NCBI GenBank assembly: GCA_000708835.1 | Contig: DF237202.1 | Span: forward strand, 57,540-121,539 | From: Klebsormidium nitens | Lineage: Eukaryota > Plantae > Klebsormidiophyceae | Direction of reading: 5' to 3' | DNA: 64,000 nucleotides | In this document: positions 1 through 11,991 of the stretch, piece by piece | Layout of the letters: each line of letters begins with the position of its first letter | Position numbering within the stretch: position 1 is the first letter of the stretch | Translations under genes and position numbers: made by a program | The notes under the pieces: generated by a model | Databases searched by the model: none | Told to the model about the DNA's origin: nothing | What the model saw: only the letters and a program-made list of their open reading frames with translations

Positions 1-1081
1 CGGATGGATAACCGGAGGCATGTTGAGAAGAGAGTATTGGTGAGGAAATGTAAGGTTATGGAACAATGCACATATGTATTTCAAAAGGTTGGAGATCTGG
101 GTCGCATTGACGATAGAAAAGCAGTAGCTTTCAACATCAAGTTGAGTTGCAAGCTGGCTACTTATCCAATGCTGAGCTGCAAAGAGTAGCAAGGATTGCA
201 ATGCTGTCAATGTTGCTGTGCTTTAAGTACAATCAAGCTGGGCATTGCTGCAGCTTCATGCAGATGAGGTTCATGAGTGGCCCTTAGCAGAAGAAATCCG
301 TGAGTCCTGTCTTTCTCTAGCATCACAAAGATGTCAAGGTGGTGAATCACACAAAAAGCTAGCGAACTAAAGCCAGCAATCAGAATCCTAATGATGAAGA
401 GAACAGAAGATCGAGATGCGGACAAAACTCACAGATGCATTTGGTGGCAGTCTGCCAGCTCTTCAGCACCCCAGAGCCGGTCCCAAACGAAGCCGCCATG
501 ACAACAGATACGCCACCGCTTTCGAGATATTTGGCCTGTGCTCGCAGCTAAGACAGTTGCAAAAGGGTTCCCGTGGAGATAAGGAAAATAGGTGCAGGTT
601 ACATTGGCATTGCGAGCTGGAAGCGTACTCAATGTAGATCACTGCATTTGAAGCTGTTTACCTAGTAGCGAAATGCACCATACGGTATTATACGGCAGCT
701 CTCCATTGGCACTCTCTCTTGCATGGGTGCAGCTATAGGACATGGAAGTTGGAATGAGTCGAATGACCCTTCCACCGCTGACAGCCTGCAATGTGTTGCT
801 GCCACGCCTTGCTGGCATTCTTCAGACCATTTCTTACAGGACGTAAAACCATCAGAATCCAGATGATCCTGATGTACAGCAGTACACAGTCTGCATGAGC
901 TGGCGCCATAACCTGACATGCTGCAGCCTGCGAGGCGGCCATTTACCAGCTGCAAATGCAAATTGCAATCCTGTCCGCTCAGGGCTGAATCCTGCTCCCG
1001 ACGCCGCGTCTCCATTGAAGGCTGTCTGCGGCGCCATGATGATGATGAGAGCATTGAATGATCAAGCTTCAACAGTTCTAC
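1..1081 (-). CDS. Probable partial multi-exon gene of unknown function running off the left edge
   Basis: Phase-compatible candidate exons: 1081-947 (phase 0/0), 547-433 (LRAQAKYLESGGVSVVMAASFGTGSGVLKSWQTATKCI, donor gtgagt) and 176-<1 (open QHWISSQLATQLDVESYCFSIVN..., acceptor tttgcag). No family recognised. Confidence 0.35.
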
Positions 1082-1864
1082 CTAAACTTGCAGTGCCACG
1101 TGTTTACCAGACAACCCAACACCACGGGCAGATTCCACATCGGACGGTTCCGAATGCATACTATCACCAAATCAATTGAATGACGCCAGCACATTCTTCT
1201 CTGATTCATTGGCTATTATATTCACTCCTTTCCACGTGTTCGGCGTGGTTTGCCGGCCGGCCAACACTGTGAAGTTTGAACCGTCCTCGAAGCGGTCGCA
1301 AGTCCGGTCACTCTGGTCAGTCGATCAACAGTCACTTCATCACTTCGGTCTGCAGGATGACAGGATGGTATGAACGCGGACAAAGCCAGCAAAAAGAGCA
1401 ACAAAGGAGCCGTGGCAATGTGCACAACCATGGCCCCAATCAACGGAACCCGCCGGGCGCGACTTCCGATCAGCCTCTGTATTTATATACGACAGTTATT
1501 CATGATCTGTTCATCTATAGTTAAATTGAATATATTTTGGTGCTTCCTTTAGGCAAGCTCGTGAGGCCTTGATACCTTAGCATCAATATTGGGGTCAACT
1601 ACATGGCCGCGCGCGCGGCGGCGACGTCAACAATATAGCTAAGGCGCTATAGACAGTACGTGAGAATGGCTGATTCGCGCACTAAAGTAACGGTGGCAGA
1701 AGTATCGATTTTCTGATCAGGAGGGGACGTGGGGCGCAGCCGAGACAATGGGCTCGCGGGCGCGATCAGCCGGTTATACTCAGATCGGAACAGCTTGAAC
1801 TTATAGAAGCCGAGCAACGTATTCACTCACTCACGAACTCAGTCACACTCAAGAACATTTGCGC

Positions 1865-2624
1865 CTACATTGTACACACTGCAAAACTCAGCGTCTTCAC
1901 AAGTTGGGCTTTGCTTTGCAGAGTGTGGAAAAGATTATGCACCACGACGGTACCCCCCGCACCACCCGGCAGTCCACTGGCCGGGCGCGCAAAACATACT
2001 GAACGATCTCGATATACCATGCATGTCTCTGGTAAAATATAGGCCGGCATGCGATGCGTGCATACTAAATAATCTTGCCGAGTCTTCGGTAAAAGAAAGA
2101 GGATATTCTGGACGGTGACGCTGACGTATTCAAGTCGGATCCACCGTGCAATACTCAACGACCGTCGAAGGGTTCCCGAGAGCTGCGGCGCTATGAACGG
2201 ATCCCAGCTGTCCACATATGTAAATGCTGAGCGCTAGATCGGGATTCTGTGTTAGTAAAGCAGTGGCGATAAGGTTCGCTGTTTCGATGATGCAACGAAA
2301 ATGCTGCTCGTCAGTGATCGACGGCTCTGTCGACTGGCCCGGACTTCGAGGCAGCACTTCTGCTTCACAAAAAATCGGAACAATCCGAGGACTCGGTTGA
2401 AGATTGGACTCAGCCGATATACCGTCCCTTGCTGCTATGATGTATCTGTGGCAAAAAGCGAACGGGCTTGGGGAAGGAGTCTCGGTTGAGCTCAGGCGAA
2501 TTGTTGAGTCGCTCAACAATGAAGGCGGCGCACACGGTACCAATACTTTCAGCTTACTTGAGAACGAATGATACCGCTTCTCTTTGCGCACTTCGCGCAG
2601 GAAATTGTTGAAAATATTCGACAC
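1865..2624 (-). pseudogene. Intronless, stop-interrupted coding-like remnant (possibly TE- or virus-derived)
   Basis: A 164-aa ORF (2130-2624) continues past a single TGA in the same frame (IRQRHRPEYPLSF...MFCAPGQWTAGWCGG). An overlapping 116-aa ORF lies in another frame. No clear splice sites and no recognised family. Confidence 0.2.
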
Positions 2625-2972
2625 AAAAACTGTCGGTAGCTAGGACGGAGTCATGGCCCTGATCCAGTGATCCAAAAGTTATCTATGCTTACTTGCTCTC
2701 AGTAGACTTCAAATTCGTAAACGGGTATTTATGAATACTTACAACAAATGCTTTGGGCCTAATCGAGGCCCTTAATGCTGTACAGCTTGATGCGGTGAGC
2801 CCAATCAAGCAAACCGCTTCCCACTATTTAATCCACTTCGCTGATTTCGTTTCCCGGGTGCCAGTGCCGCGGTGTTTCGTGTTGTAGGCAGACCCCGGAC
2901 ACCGGTGCCTTGCCCAAACGGCCCCAATCTCACTTTTTTACGCTGCGAGCCACACACTATATATCCTATCAC

Positions 2973-5900
2973 TTACTCCAAAACAAGAGCCGCTCTCATC
3001 TTCTTCGCCTTGTTCCAGCACTCCCCCAGAAACCGCCCATAAACATCCAAAACCCCAAACGTCGCCTCCGCGAACTGCGGCTCGAGCCGCGGGTTCGCTT
3101 CGACGAACTTGTCGCGCAGCTCCGCGCTCTCGGCCGCGTGCGTGACGTCAAGGACCACGTGGTGGTGCAGAAACGTCAGCTGGGGCAAAAAGGCGTCGCC
3201 CAAAAGCGCGCGCACGCGCGCGATCATGGGCGCGCCCAGGACGAGCGACAGCTGCTCGATCGCGCTCTGGATGGCGACCTGGGCGTACGGCTGCTTGGAC
3301 GCGATGTACCTGTAGAGTGGACGTCCGAAAATGATATCAGACTGACCGGCTCAGGCTTTGTAAAGGTGAATCTGAAGGGAAACGTCTGCGAATGGCAAGG
3401 CCCTGGGCGTACGGGTGCTGAGACGCGATGTACCTGCAGAATAAACGTCCGAGTATGCTTTGGAACTTGATGGGCGCGCTTACAATCTATCAATTATATG
3501 AAGACGTACTAACGAACATCTCCAAAATGGCAACTTAGGCGCGTGTAACTGCTTAAATCCTGATCACCTGGCTAGCAAGCGTCCAAAGAACGAACGGAGA
3601 ACACGCCCAACTGTGTCGACCATTTAATGGAGTCAGATTGAAGTCGATACCGGAAGCAGCATGACGGGAACTCGTCAGCGTTCACTACTTATCAGTGCAG
3701 CCAGACTAATAGAATACCGAGTCTCCGTGGCAGGAGATGGTACGATGGGACGGTCTCGTTTTCAGCACGCAAAACGAGTCTTTGTTTTTCCGCTTGGCAC
3801 CTTCTGAGGGCAACACCAGTGCCAGTGCTCCAAAGACCGCTCTGGCCGTGAGACGTTTTGTAACGTGGGCTCTGCTCAAAGTGGCAATCTAGCGCAGAGC
3901 GGCGATCTTGACACTCAGGGCTCTTCCTCACGGCGCGTCTTTCCTCCTACCCAAAACCTTCCAATCTCGTGCGCAAGTCTTCCTATGCAAACAGAATAAG
4001 CAGTTCCTAGAGGAATGGGCAGTCTCCGTCCCGTAGCTCACCTGTCATGCAGCTCGTCATAGTCGTGCACGCTCTGGAAGTACGGTGACGTCAGGAGCGC
4101 GTCAGCGGACATGGGGCTGCCGGGGTGCTTCGCGTTCCAGGAGGCTGACAGCTTCGTGACGTCATTCCGGAACCACCGGTCGTGGCCGGCTTCTTCGAGA
4201 GCACCCTCAACCAGGCTGCGGGTGCGAAACGAAGATATACTATTGACAGATTTTATCGAGATAGCAAAAATGCGAAATACATGTTTACGTTCCGAGTGGT
4301 CATTGATCGGCCAGCTTGGCGGGTGGGAATTGGGTCGAGGCAGTAAAGAAGTAGCGAAACGGAGATGCGTTGAACGATGCAAAGTCAGGCTGGGGCGGAG
4401 TGAATGCCAATCTTACTTTAACGCCTCAAAATACATTCAAGGTAACAGGTTCTGGAAACAAGTCGTCAGGAAAACAGACTTCAAGATGACCATGCGGTGA
4501 GCTTGATGATAACCGAATGGAAAGGATTATGGAAATAATCGCTATAAAGTATATGCGATGATACTCGGGAGCCTATCTAGAAATTGGCAAACAAAGGCGA
4601 CCTGTATGACAGGGATCAGTAGAGGAAAGGTAGACTCCGGTTTGCCGTCTAGAACCTCACTCTGGTCGTTGTGGGCAAGCGGAAAAACTTCGTCAAGGAT
4701 CCATGAAAGGGCAGAGACCTTGTAATTCGCGGTTGAGGTGTAAGCCAGAGCTTGACAAAATTCTGACGGCTGTCAGATTGCAGTCGCTTGCGCCAGCTTA
4801 AGTGCCAAGGGTGCCAATATTATCGGAAAGAAGTCATAGGACTTTTGGGCCCCTTAACCAAGGACGGTTTTGGGCAGGTTAAAATTCTGGTTATCTGTCC
4901 AGTAACCAGACTTGGACGTTAAACAGCTTTGGAGCAAGGTTGAAACCCGGTTAAGCTGTCCAATAACTCAAGCCTCAAGTTGGTTACCAATCTGGTTAGC
5001 AGCCAAAACTTCCTGTGAGTGAAGCCACCTTCTCCTATGTCCTCAGGTTCATCAAATTTGGGCAGAGTGAGAAGACGACGGCTTACCTGTTTCCCAGTTC
5101 CTGCAGCATCTCGACGTCACTGCCTGCGTTAGCAAGCGCCAGGCACTCCTGCCCCGCTCGCCGAATCCACATCTCGACCTGCGCAGAAACCACCTCTGGA
5201 TTCCAGCCCAGGCCAAAGTCGAAAAGACTTGGCAGATCCGGCCCTAGGCTGTGTACGTGTAAGCTCACTCACAAGTCATGAGCCTTTCAAAAGCTCGTGT
5301 AATCATTGAAGTCTGTCTGATTCTGAGAGCGAAGCAGACCACAACAGGGATCCCTCCCTACCTGCTGCACTGGCAGCCCTTAATGGATACAAAGACAGGT
5401 CATGATTTGCCTCCCTCCCCATCTCATCTGCTGTAGGAGCAGTCTTTTGGCTGGTCACTTCAGGTTCCTGCTGGATAGTCTGGAAGTCAGAAAGAAGGTC
5501 GAAGGGACGAATGAGTATGCCAAAATATTGTGTGGCTCACCTTTTCAGTCATGCCAACTCCTTGGGAGCAGAACACAAGGAAGAACAAGTGCAGTAAGTC
5601 GGTGTCATCGCACGCCGCCAGCTCCTGAAGCTCCGGAACCGCCGCCAGGGCCTGGGGCGCGGCCCTGTAGTCCTGTTGGGATGCTGACGTCAGCGCGGCG
5701 GCGACGTCTGTGGTTAGGGCAGCGGTGGCCACATTGCGCTGCAAAATATTGTGGATGGGCGTAAACGGAGGAAGAAATGTTCTCAAAATGCGTTTGTGGA
5801 GTCAGCGTCAGTTGAGTGTGGATCTTTGCAGAAAGTGCGCACAGAGAAAATGTGATGCTTTTGGCCCTCTTGATTGCGAGAACAAGCTAGCTGGAATTGC

Positions 5901-6699
5901 TTTGCTGTAAGGCAGCTGGCGGCAGCAGCCTAGCAATCAGTCCGGAACTTTGATATTGTCAGCTGCTACTATGGCATCGATTCTGAAATCTGACTCACTG
6001 CTAGGCGCATCAGCCCCTACAGAATCATGCTTCAGGTCCAGATTGGAACATGTTTACGAAACCTGCTTCCAGACACCAAACCACTGAAAATCTCATTGAC
6101 AAAAAACTCCTGACTGCCCAGAAATTACCCACAGCTTTCTGAAACTACTCAACCAGATCTGACTCTCAACAAAGTTGAGAAGCCTCAACCCACCCATGAG
6201 CTCGCACACCCTCTTGGAATACAAGCTTTGGGTTCATGGATAATTCAGCATAATAGAATTCTGTGGCTACCAAAATAACCTTTTCATTGGTGGGCAATCA
6301 GCTGGGGCCTCAAATCACATTTCGTGCGACAGTCTGATGCAGGCATCGGGGGGAGCAAGCAAAGAATGTCAAGCTTACCATATGGCACCCATTTATTGGA
6401 GTCTTATCCAAATCAACAACAGGATTCAGAAGCTTGGTTGTCAAACAGGTTCGACTTACCTCTGGCCTCCTTCCGTAGAATGTTGCTGCAGGCCATTGAC
6501 GAGACTTTTCTGACGGGCCTAGCTGTCTTCCGCAAGATCTGAGAAAGGAAGGAAGCAATGCTGGGCGTGCTGACACCGCTCTGACGACACCAGTGTGAGA
6601 CGTTCTCATCTGGGCTTTGACCTGAGTTTCCTCAAGTAGAGGGCCAATCACCCACTGATGGCAATATTGCAATCTGGTCGTGGCCCTTACTGCCGCCAT
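2973..6699 (-). CDS. Heme-oxygenase-like diiron oxidase (HDO / iron-containing redox enzyme superfamily) with N-terminal transit-peptide-like extension, ~346 aa
   Basis: Exons 6699-6460, 5738-5541, 5178-5087, 4215-4042 and 3309-2973, all GT-AG and phase-consistent (a possible 18-nt microexon lies at 6016-5999). The spliced product reads ...SQGVGMTEK|VEMWIRRAGQEC...ELGNS|LVEGALEEAGHDRWF...ELHDR|YIASKQPYAQVAIQSAIEQL...FLHHHVVLDVTHAAE..., giving the E-x2-H, E and H-x3-D-x2-H ligand pattern of HDO diiron enzymes. Confidence 0.85.
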
Positions 6700-8489
6700 G
6701 GTACCCGAATGCAGCTTGGGTCGATTGATGCTGGCGTTGCGCCCTTTTTGCTTGTTCAGTTGACCTCCGGAGCCTCTGTGATTGGTTTCTGAGCTGCTGT
6801 GTGAGGAAGAGTGCGGGACGGCGAGGGAAGGGGCTGGGGGATTTCCACTAATCAGCTTGAAAACAATTTGGGCTTGTGACAACGATACGGACTCTTGGGT
6901 TGAGAGAAGGGTTTGACTTTGTGACAAGAAGCGCCGGCCAGCACACAGCTTACGTATGCCGATCGATTCCTGAGCTGGCGCTTGTAACTAGCAGGTTGAC
7001 TGGAGAAGGCACGGGCCGTAACCTTGTAAGCCGGCCAGCTTGGAAGCCTGCTGGGGTCTCACCCTCCGCATGCGAGCTGCCTCATTTCATTAGATAGCTT
7101 CATTTGATGGAGTTTGCAGCAATATTGTCTCGAGAGTGACCGCCCTTCAAGGGCCGTCTTGAAGTTGAAAAGCCGCCTCACAGCATGCATTTATTACTCG
7201 GCTTTGCTCATCCAGTTGCGCCATGATGTCAGGATGGTGCTTGAGCATCTTAGATTCTCAGAAATGGTTATATATAGGAAACCCGGTTATTAAAGTGTCT
7301 GTAAGAAGGGGACTAAGATGACTGACAAAGCCCAAATCCAATTTCTACCTGCTCCGCAGCCTTGCCCAGCCTAAACCCGCTTACTAATTCCACCCGTCCC
7401 TGGACGATAATAGCTTACTATAACCTACGATTTTAACTATGGTTGAGCTACGGGGATTTTGGAGTACACCATGCCCATGATGAGATCATCCTCGGATGTA
7501 CTAAGCCGGAATTCAATGCGAGAGCCGGACAACTCGACGAAAGTTCCGGATGGGATATTGTTTTTCGATGCCGCCACTTTCACATCGTTGCAAAGGCTGC
7601 AGTGTCGAGACTACGGAACTGAGCAAGTTTCGATGTCGAACGGTAACACTCAGCACTGGTCGGTCTGCGCGCCTCTATAATGCATCCGCTGCTTACGTAT
7701 TTATGAACGAGCTCATCATTGTTGTTGTCGCCGCTGAATGATGAGCACACTCCAGAGTGAGTCCAGACAGGTTCTTTGCAGGGCCCAGGCCCCGGCAGGG
7801 AAGGTGTGGCTCGTATTACTCCGGGGTCCAAAAATCTTCAGATCTGAGTATATATGCAGCGACTACAACTCACAAGCACACTGGACTACAACTCACAAAC
7901 AGTTCCAAATTCCAATCTAAGAGTTGCCAGTCCAATATGCATTTTGGACAGTTCTGAGTTTTGAACGATTTGGACAGAGGCCTTTTCTTGTAAGCCTCCG
8001 CAATATATCCAAACGAACAGAACATTATAAGTGCATGCATCCTGCTGCGATCATCTTCGCTCCCAGAAAGTTCGTTTTCAAAATAAGTACACCGGCATTC
8101 CGAGAACAAATGATTGCAGAGGCATCTTTCAGATCCCGCACCACAGTTTGAAGTCTACGGTACTACTGGAGTCTCAAAGGAGGGCGTGCGCCGATGGCGC
8201 CGCCAGCACAATGCCGGGCCAGCTGCAGTGGTTGATCAAAGCGCGTTTGACTTAAGAACCTTTTGACTTATCAATACCAAGTATAAGATGAAAGGGTGTG
8301 TGCGATGGGCAGTCAGAAGGCGCTTTCCCACAAAGACACACTTCTCAAGCATAAACTTTGAGTCACTCACCTTCAACGCAAGCTGGCGCTGCGTATTAAT
8401 CGCAAGGACTGCGGTGGGCCAGCATTATGATCCGTCTTTCAGCTGACCAATTCTCCAGAAAGCAGCTTTCGTTGTGGGGGGGAACAACA

Positions 8490-11133
8490 ATGATGGCTGC
8501 CAGCTGCAACCTTCTTGCGGCGAGACCGCTCTCTTTGTGCAGCTGGTTAGATCCAAAGCCTTCAACACGTCTGGTTACCGCAAACCCCATCGATCAGCTC
8601 CTGAGCGCAGGGGCCCTTCGCCGTGGCAGGTTAGCAAAACGGGTTTGCACAAATCAGACACGGTCAGCAGGCGGCTTGCACGGCATCAGAGGTTCGTTGG
8701 GTGGGCTAACCCTTCCGGCTTTTGACCCAGAAACCCCAGGCCCCCCCCTGCTTGACCACGCCTTAACACCGTCCCTCCAACATCAGCAGTCTCTGGAGAT
8801 TCTTGAACGGCCGCCCGAGATCTTCATGCCCCTAACTAGAAAGGTTTGCCCCAGCTTTACTTACAGATGGGCTGTGCTCACCGATGCCCCTGGCATTGCA
8901 AACCTTTTGAATCGCCCAGAATATTCCAATCAACTGAAGCCCACAAGCGTCTGGGAGATTGAAGCGCGCATTCTGGGGGGGTCACTTTTGGTGGCGGAAT
9001 GCCCCCACACGGGCCAGGTTTTGGCGACAGCGGGGTGTGACGTGTTTGCTGGGGAGCAGGGGAGGGGGCGAAAGGAGACGCTTTTGAGAGATCAATTCCA
9101 GTGCTGGGGGAAGGATGCTTTTCAGAATCTGGAGGAAGCGGGATGGTACCATCCCACAAGCATGTGAGTCCTTGGACAGCTAACAAATCTTGTTCAAAAG
9201 ATCAGAAGACAAAAGCTTCTGTTCAGAATATCAGAAGACAAAATTCAGCAGTACTTTGCACTGATCCTTCCACAATCTTGATGAGTATGACCTACATTTC
9301 AACCAAGCCAAAGATGATTTTGTGGTAGCTTCTAGACACTTTCCGAAGCACCCTGCTGTCAACATGAGGATGAAGCTTTGGCTCTGGTTTGTGTCGATCA
9401 TCTGCTATGGAGGCAGATCCGAGAAACACAGGTTGATTCAAGGAAATTTGCAGCTGGAAACTTAAGGGGTATGCCTAGGCTTGAGCTAGGTGGAAGTGAG
9501 ACAGCATACTGGCATTCCAACTACGCCAATGTTGGCCCTATCAAGAGCCATGAAACGTTTTCTTTTGCTAAGTTACAGTGCCTTTCCAGTGAATTACTTC
9601 AAGAGGTTAGAGATGGGGGTTAAAATTTAGTTACCCTGGCTTGTCAATGACATCTTGCCTCTTGACTTGGAACGCGCTTTAATAAGATAGAAAAAAAAGC
9701 AAGGGGGACATCTTTTGTCCTGGCACAGCTCATCTACACTTTTGAACCTTCCAGGCAAACATCCAAGAAAGGCACATTCGTGCCTGACCAAGGCCCAACT
9801 TTCCAAAAACTGCTCGAAACTGTACACACCTCCCAGCTTGGAGATGGGCCGCTCTCGGGTGCATTCACAATGATCTACAATTCCAGGTGAGTCCCCCTGC
9901 CTCAGCCTCTCCTTTTATAACATCAAGAGAGGCCATAGTTTCATTCAAATGTCTTTTACAAGGGTCGTGCTGCAAGCCGCCATTTCAACCTTTGTTCCAG
10001 CAAGAATGGGAAAGGAGGTTGTCGATCTCTGGCTGAAACTTAGACTTAGTGAAGCTAAGTGGGCAGAAACAGCGGATGGCTCAAAAGGATTTTCAAAGGA
10101 CAGGGTTGGGCTCTGACGTGAATGCGAAAAAGTAAAAGTCCGGCTGGATATTCACGAGAGTTCCTCGTTGCCACCAGCCGCCTCAGAAGCCTCCCTACTA
10201 GATGCACCCTTTACCAGGAGACTCCTTTGACGGTCTGTTTGTGAGGGGAAGAAATTGCAAGAAACTCAAAAAATATAAGCTGCGCAGAAGACGACGGCTT
10301 TCGTATTGAGTCTCGCTAGGAAGCCTCTCATAGCAAGTCTGTGATTCTGCATCCCCGAACACTGACCCCCTTCTCTGAGCCCCCAGAGGCTCTCTATAGC
10401 TCGCTGAAAGCTGAAGCCTACGTTCTCTTTGGTTTCCCAGCTGTGTTGTACTTCCTCAGTTGGTGGGTACTCCCCAGGCGGCCAGACTGGTGCGTCAGAA
10501 CCTCAACTTCACAACCGACAAGGTGGGTCGTTCTGACCGCACATGTTTGCTAAGGTCTACTTCAGCAATTAAGGTTTGAATTTGTCAAGTCCGAAAGTCT
10601 GGTGTTGAAGGCCTTGAGGAAAACGTTTTAGGCTCTGCTTGGAGATCAAAAGTTGTAGTTGGAAAAGATTTGTGTTCCGATCCGTTGAGTAGAGAAGAGA
10701 GAACCACCCAGGCACGTCTGGTTGGTGTCGTTTTGAAATCTACAGAACGCCAAAGCTTGTCCGTCGCAGTCAATGTGCAGATGGGTACTTGTTTTGAAAG
10801 CTGTGATTCGGTGTCCTCATATTAGGTTGACCTCTGTGCAATCGTCTCTTTCGGTCTTCTTTCTTCGCCAAACCTGGTCTCTTTGAATAACCACAGGTGA
10901 TCAGCACCTTGACCAGCGCCAGTGGACCTCATGACGTCACCCATCCATATGACGTCACGTGCACGGCTTCTTCCTACCGTCAGCCGGTGTACTTCGTCAT
11001 CGTCAGCGCTGCAGCAGAGGCGAACCGGGATAAGCTGTTTCACTTGCACGCATCGGCGATCCCCCCCTTCCTGGACAAAGTGCGGAAAGCTCTGGGCGTG
11101 ACGACCAATCCGCTCGACTCAGAAGAAGTGTGA
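8490..11133 (+). CDS. GNAT-fold acyl/acetyltransferase-like protein with transit-peptide-like N-terminus, ~374 aa
   Basis: Exons 8490-9163, 9755-9886, 10441-10522 and 10897-11133 are phase-consistent (donors gtgagt, gtgagt, gtgggt). GNAT-like elements: FTYRWAVLTDAPGIANLL (beta1-alpha1), LLVAE...QVLATAG (beta2/3), YNSCVVLPQLVGTPQAARLVRQ (motif-A-like). The first ~60 aa are Ala/Ser/Arg/Leu-rich and nearly free of acidic residues. Confidence 0.65.
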
Positions 11134-11879
11134 GCTTTTAATTCCTACGAACTCCGTTTCTTGGAAATAGGAAAGAGTTGTCCTGCTAGGGCCGAACGCG
11201 CTCGACTTAAAAGAGAAAAAAGCTTCAAACTTTTACAAACTTTATGAAGTCCGCTCTCCGACAAATAGAGAAAGAACCTTCCAGCAAGGGAAACCGCTCC
11301 AACCAAGCCGACTTAGGCGAAGTGCGTTTTTGAGGTCTTACCCTCCGGTCTGGAGCCTTCAATTCCGCCGTGAATCCGGTCTAATTCCGGTCAGGCTTGC
11401 TAGCGTCTGATTCTTTCTTAAAGCAACATCGTGCAGAGCCCAGCAGAGCAGTGTTGATGAACAGCATTCGACACCCCTCTGGCGACCCATCTGCTGTGGT
11501 TTGCGCTATCAAAATTCGGTGTGTCAGAGGAGAAGCAAGGACGGGGTTGCAGTCCAAGGATGTTTGTCTTTAATCGGCTGTCACGCCGGAAAGCGCAGGT
11601 GTTTGGTGGTTGTACGGAGGTCTTGCTCATGAGCCCCTGAAATTACGCTCTGCCCTATATGCGGCTTAAAGCCGTGTGCGCCAAGCTTTGTCAAACTTCG
11701 ATGGGCCCTTCTAAGCACACGGGAGAATCACGTACCCGTGAGTAACGCACGAGCGTTCCTTCCGACCAAGCTGGGTGAAGAAGCTCACGCTTGTGGACGG
11801 GCTTTTCAAAGCGCAGGTTTTTCTCTCCTTTTCCCTCCGGCTCAAAAATGACGTTCTTCCGTACTCTGGATGGCTGCAG

Positions 11880-11991
11880 GCTACCCCCCATTCCGTGCGC
11901 CATACTGCGGCACACCATGCCCAAGACCGACGTCCCGGCCTTCGCATTCTTCAGCTACGTCGCCCTGGACCCCATCGACCATAAGCGCTTG
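11880..11991 (+). other. Isolated exon-like segment (LPPIPCAILRHTMPKTDVPAFAFFSYVALDPIDHKRL)
   Basis: Acceptor ctgcag, donor gtacgt and strongly GC3-biased codons. No partner exons could be linked. Confidence 0.3.

Noticed and set aside
429-632. CCHGGFV as a Helitron-like Cys motif
   Set aside because: A different frame of the same exon fits the splice phases better, and no Rep or helicase motifs are nearby.
2910-3470. 186-aa plus-strand ORF
   Set aside because: Shadow of the HDO final exon on the opposite strand.
5087-5479. Alternative HDO exons (acceptor at 5248; exon 5479-5362)
   Set aside because: Phases do not join. The 5541->5178 junction restores the conserved GMTEK-VEMWIRRAG motif.
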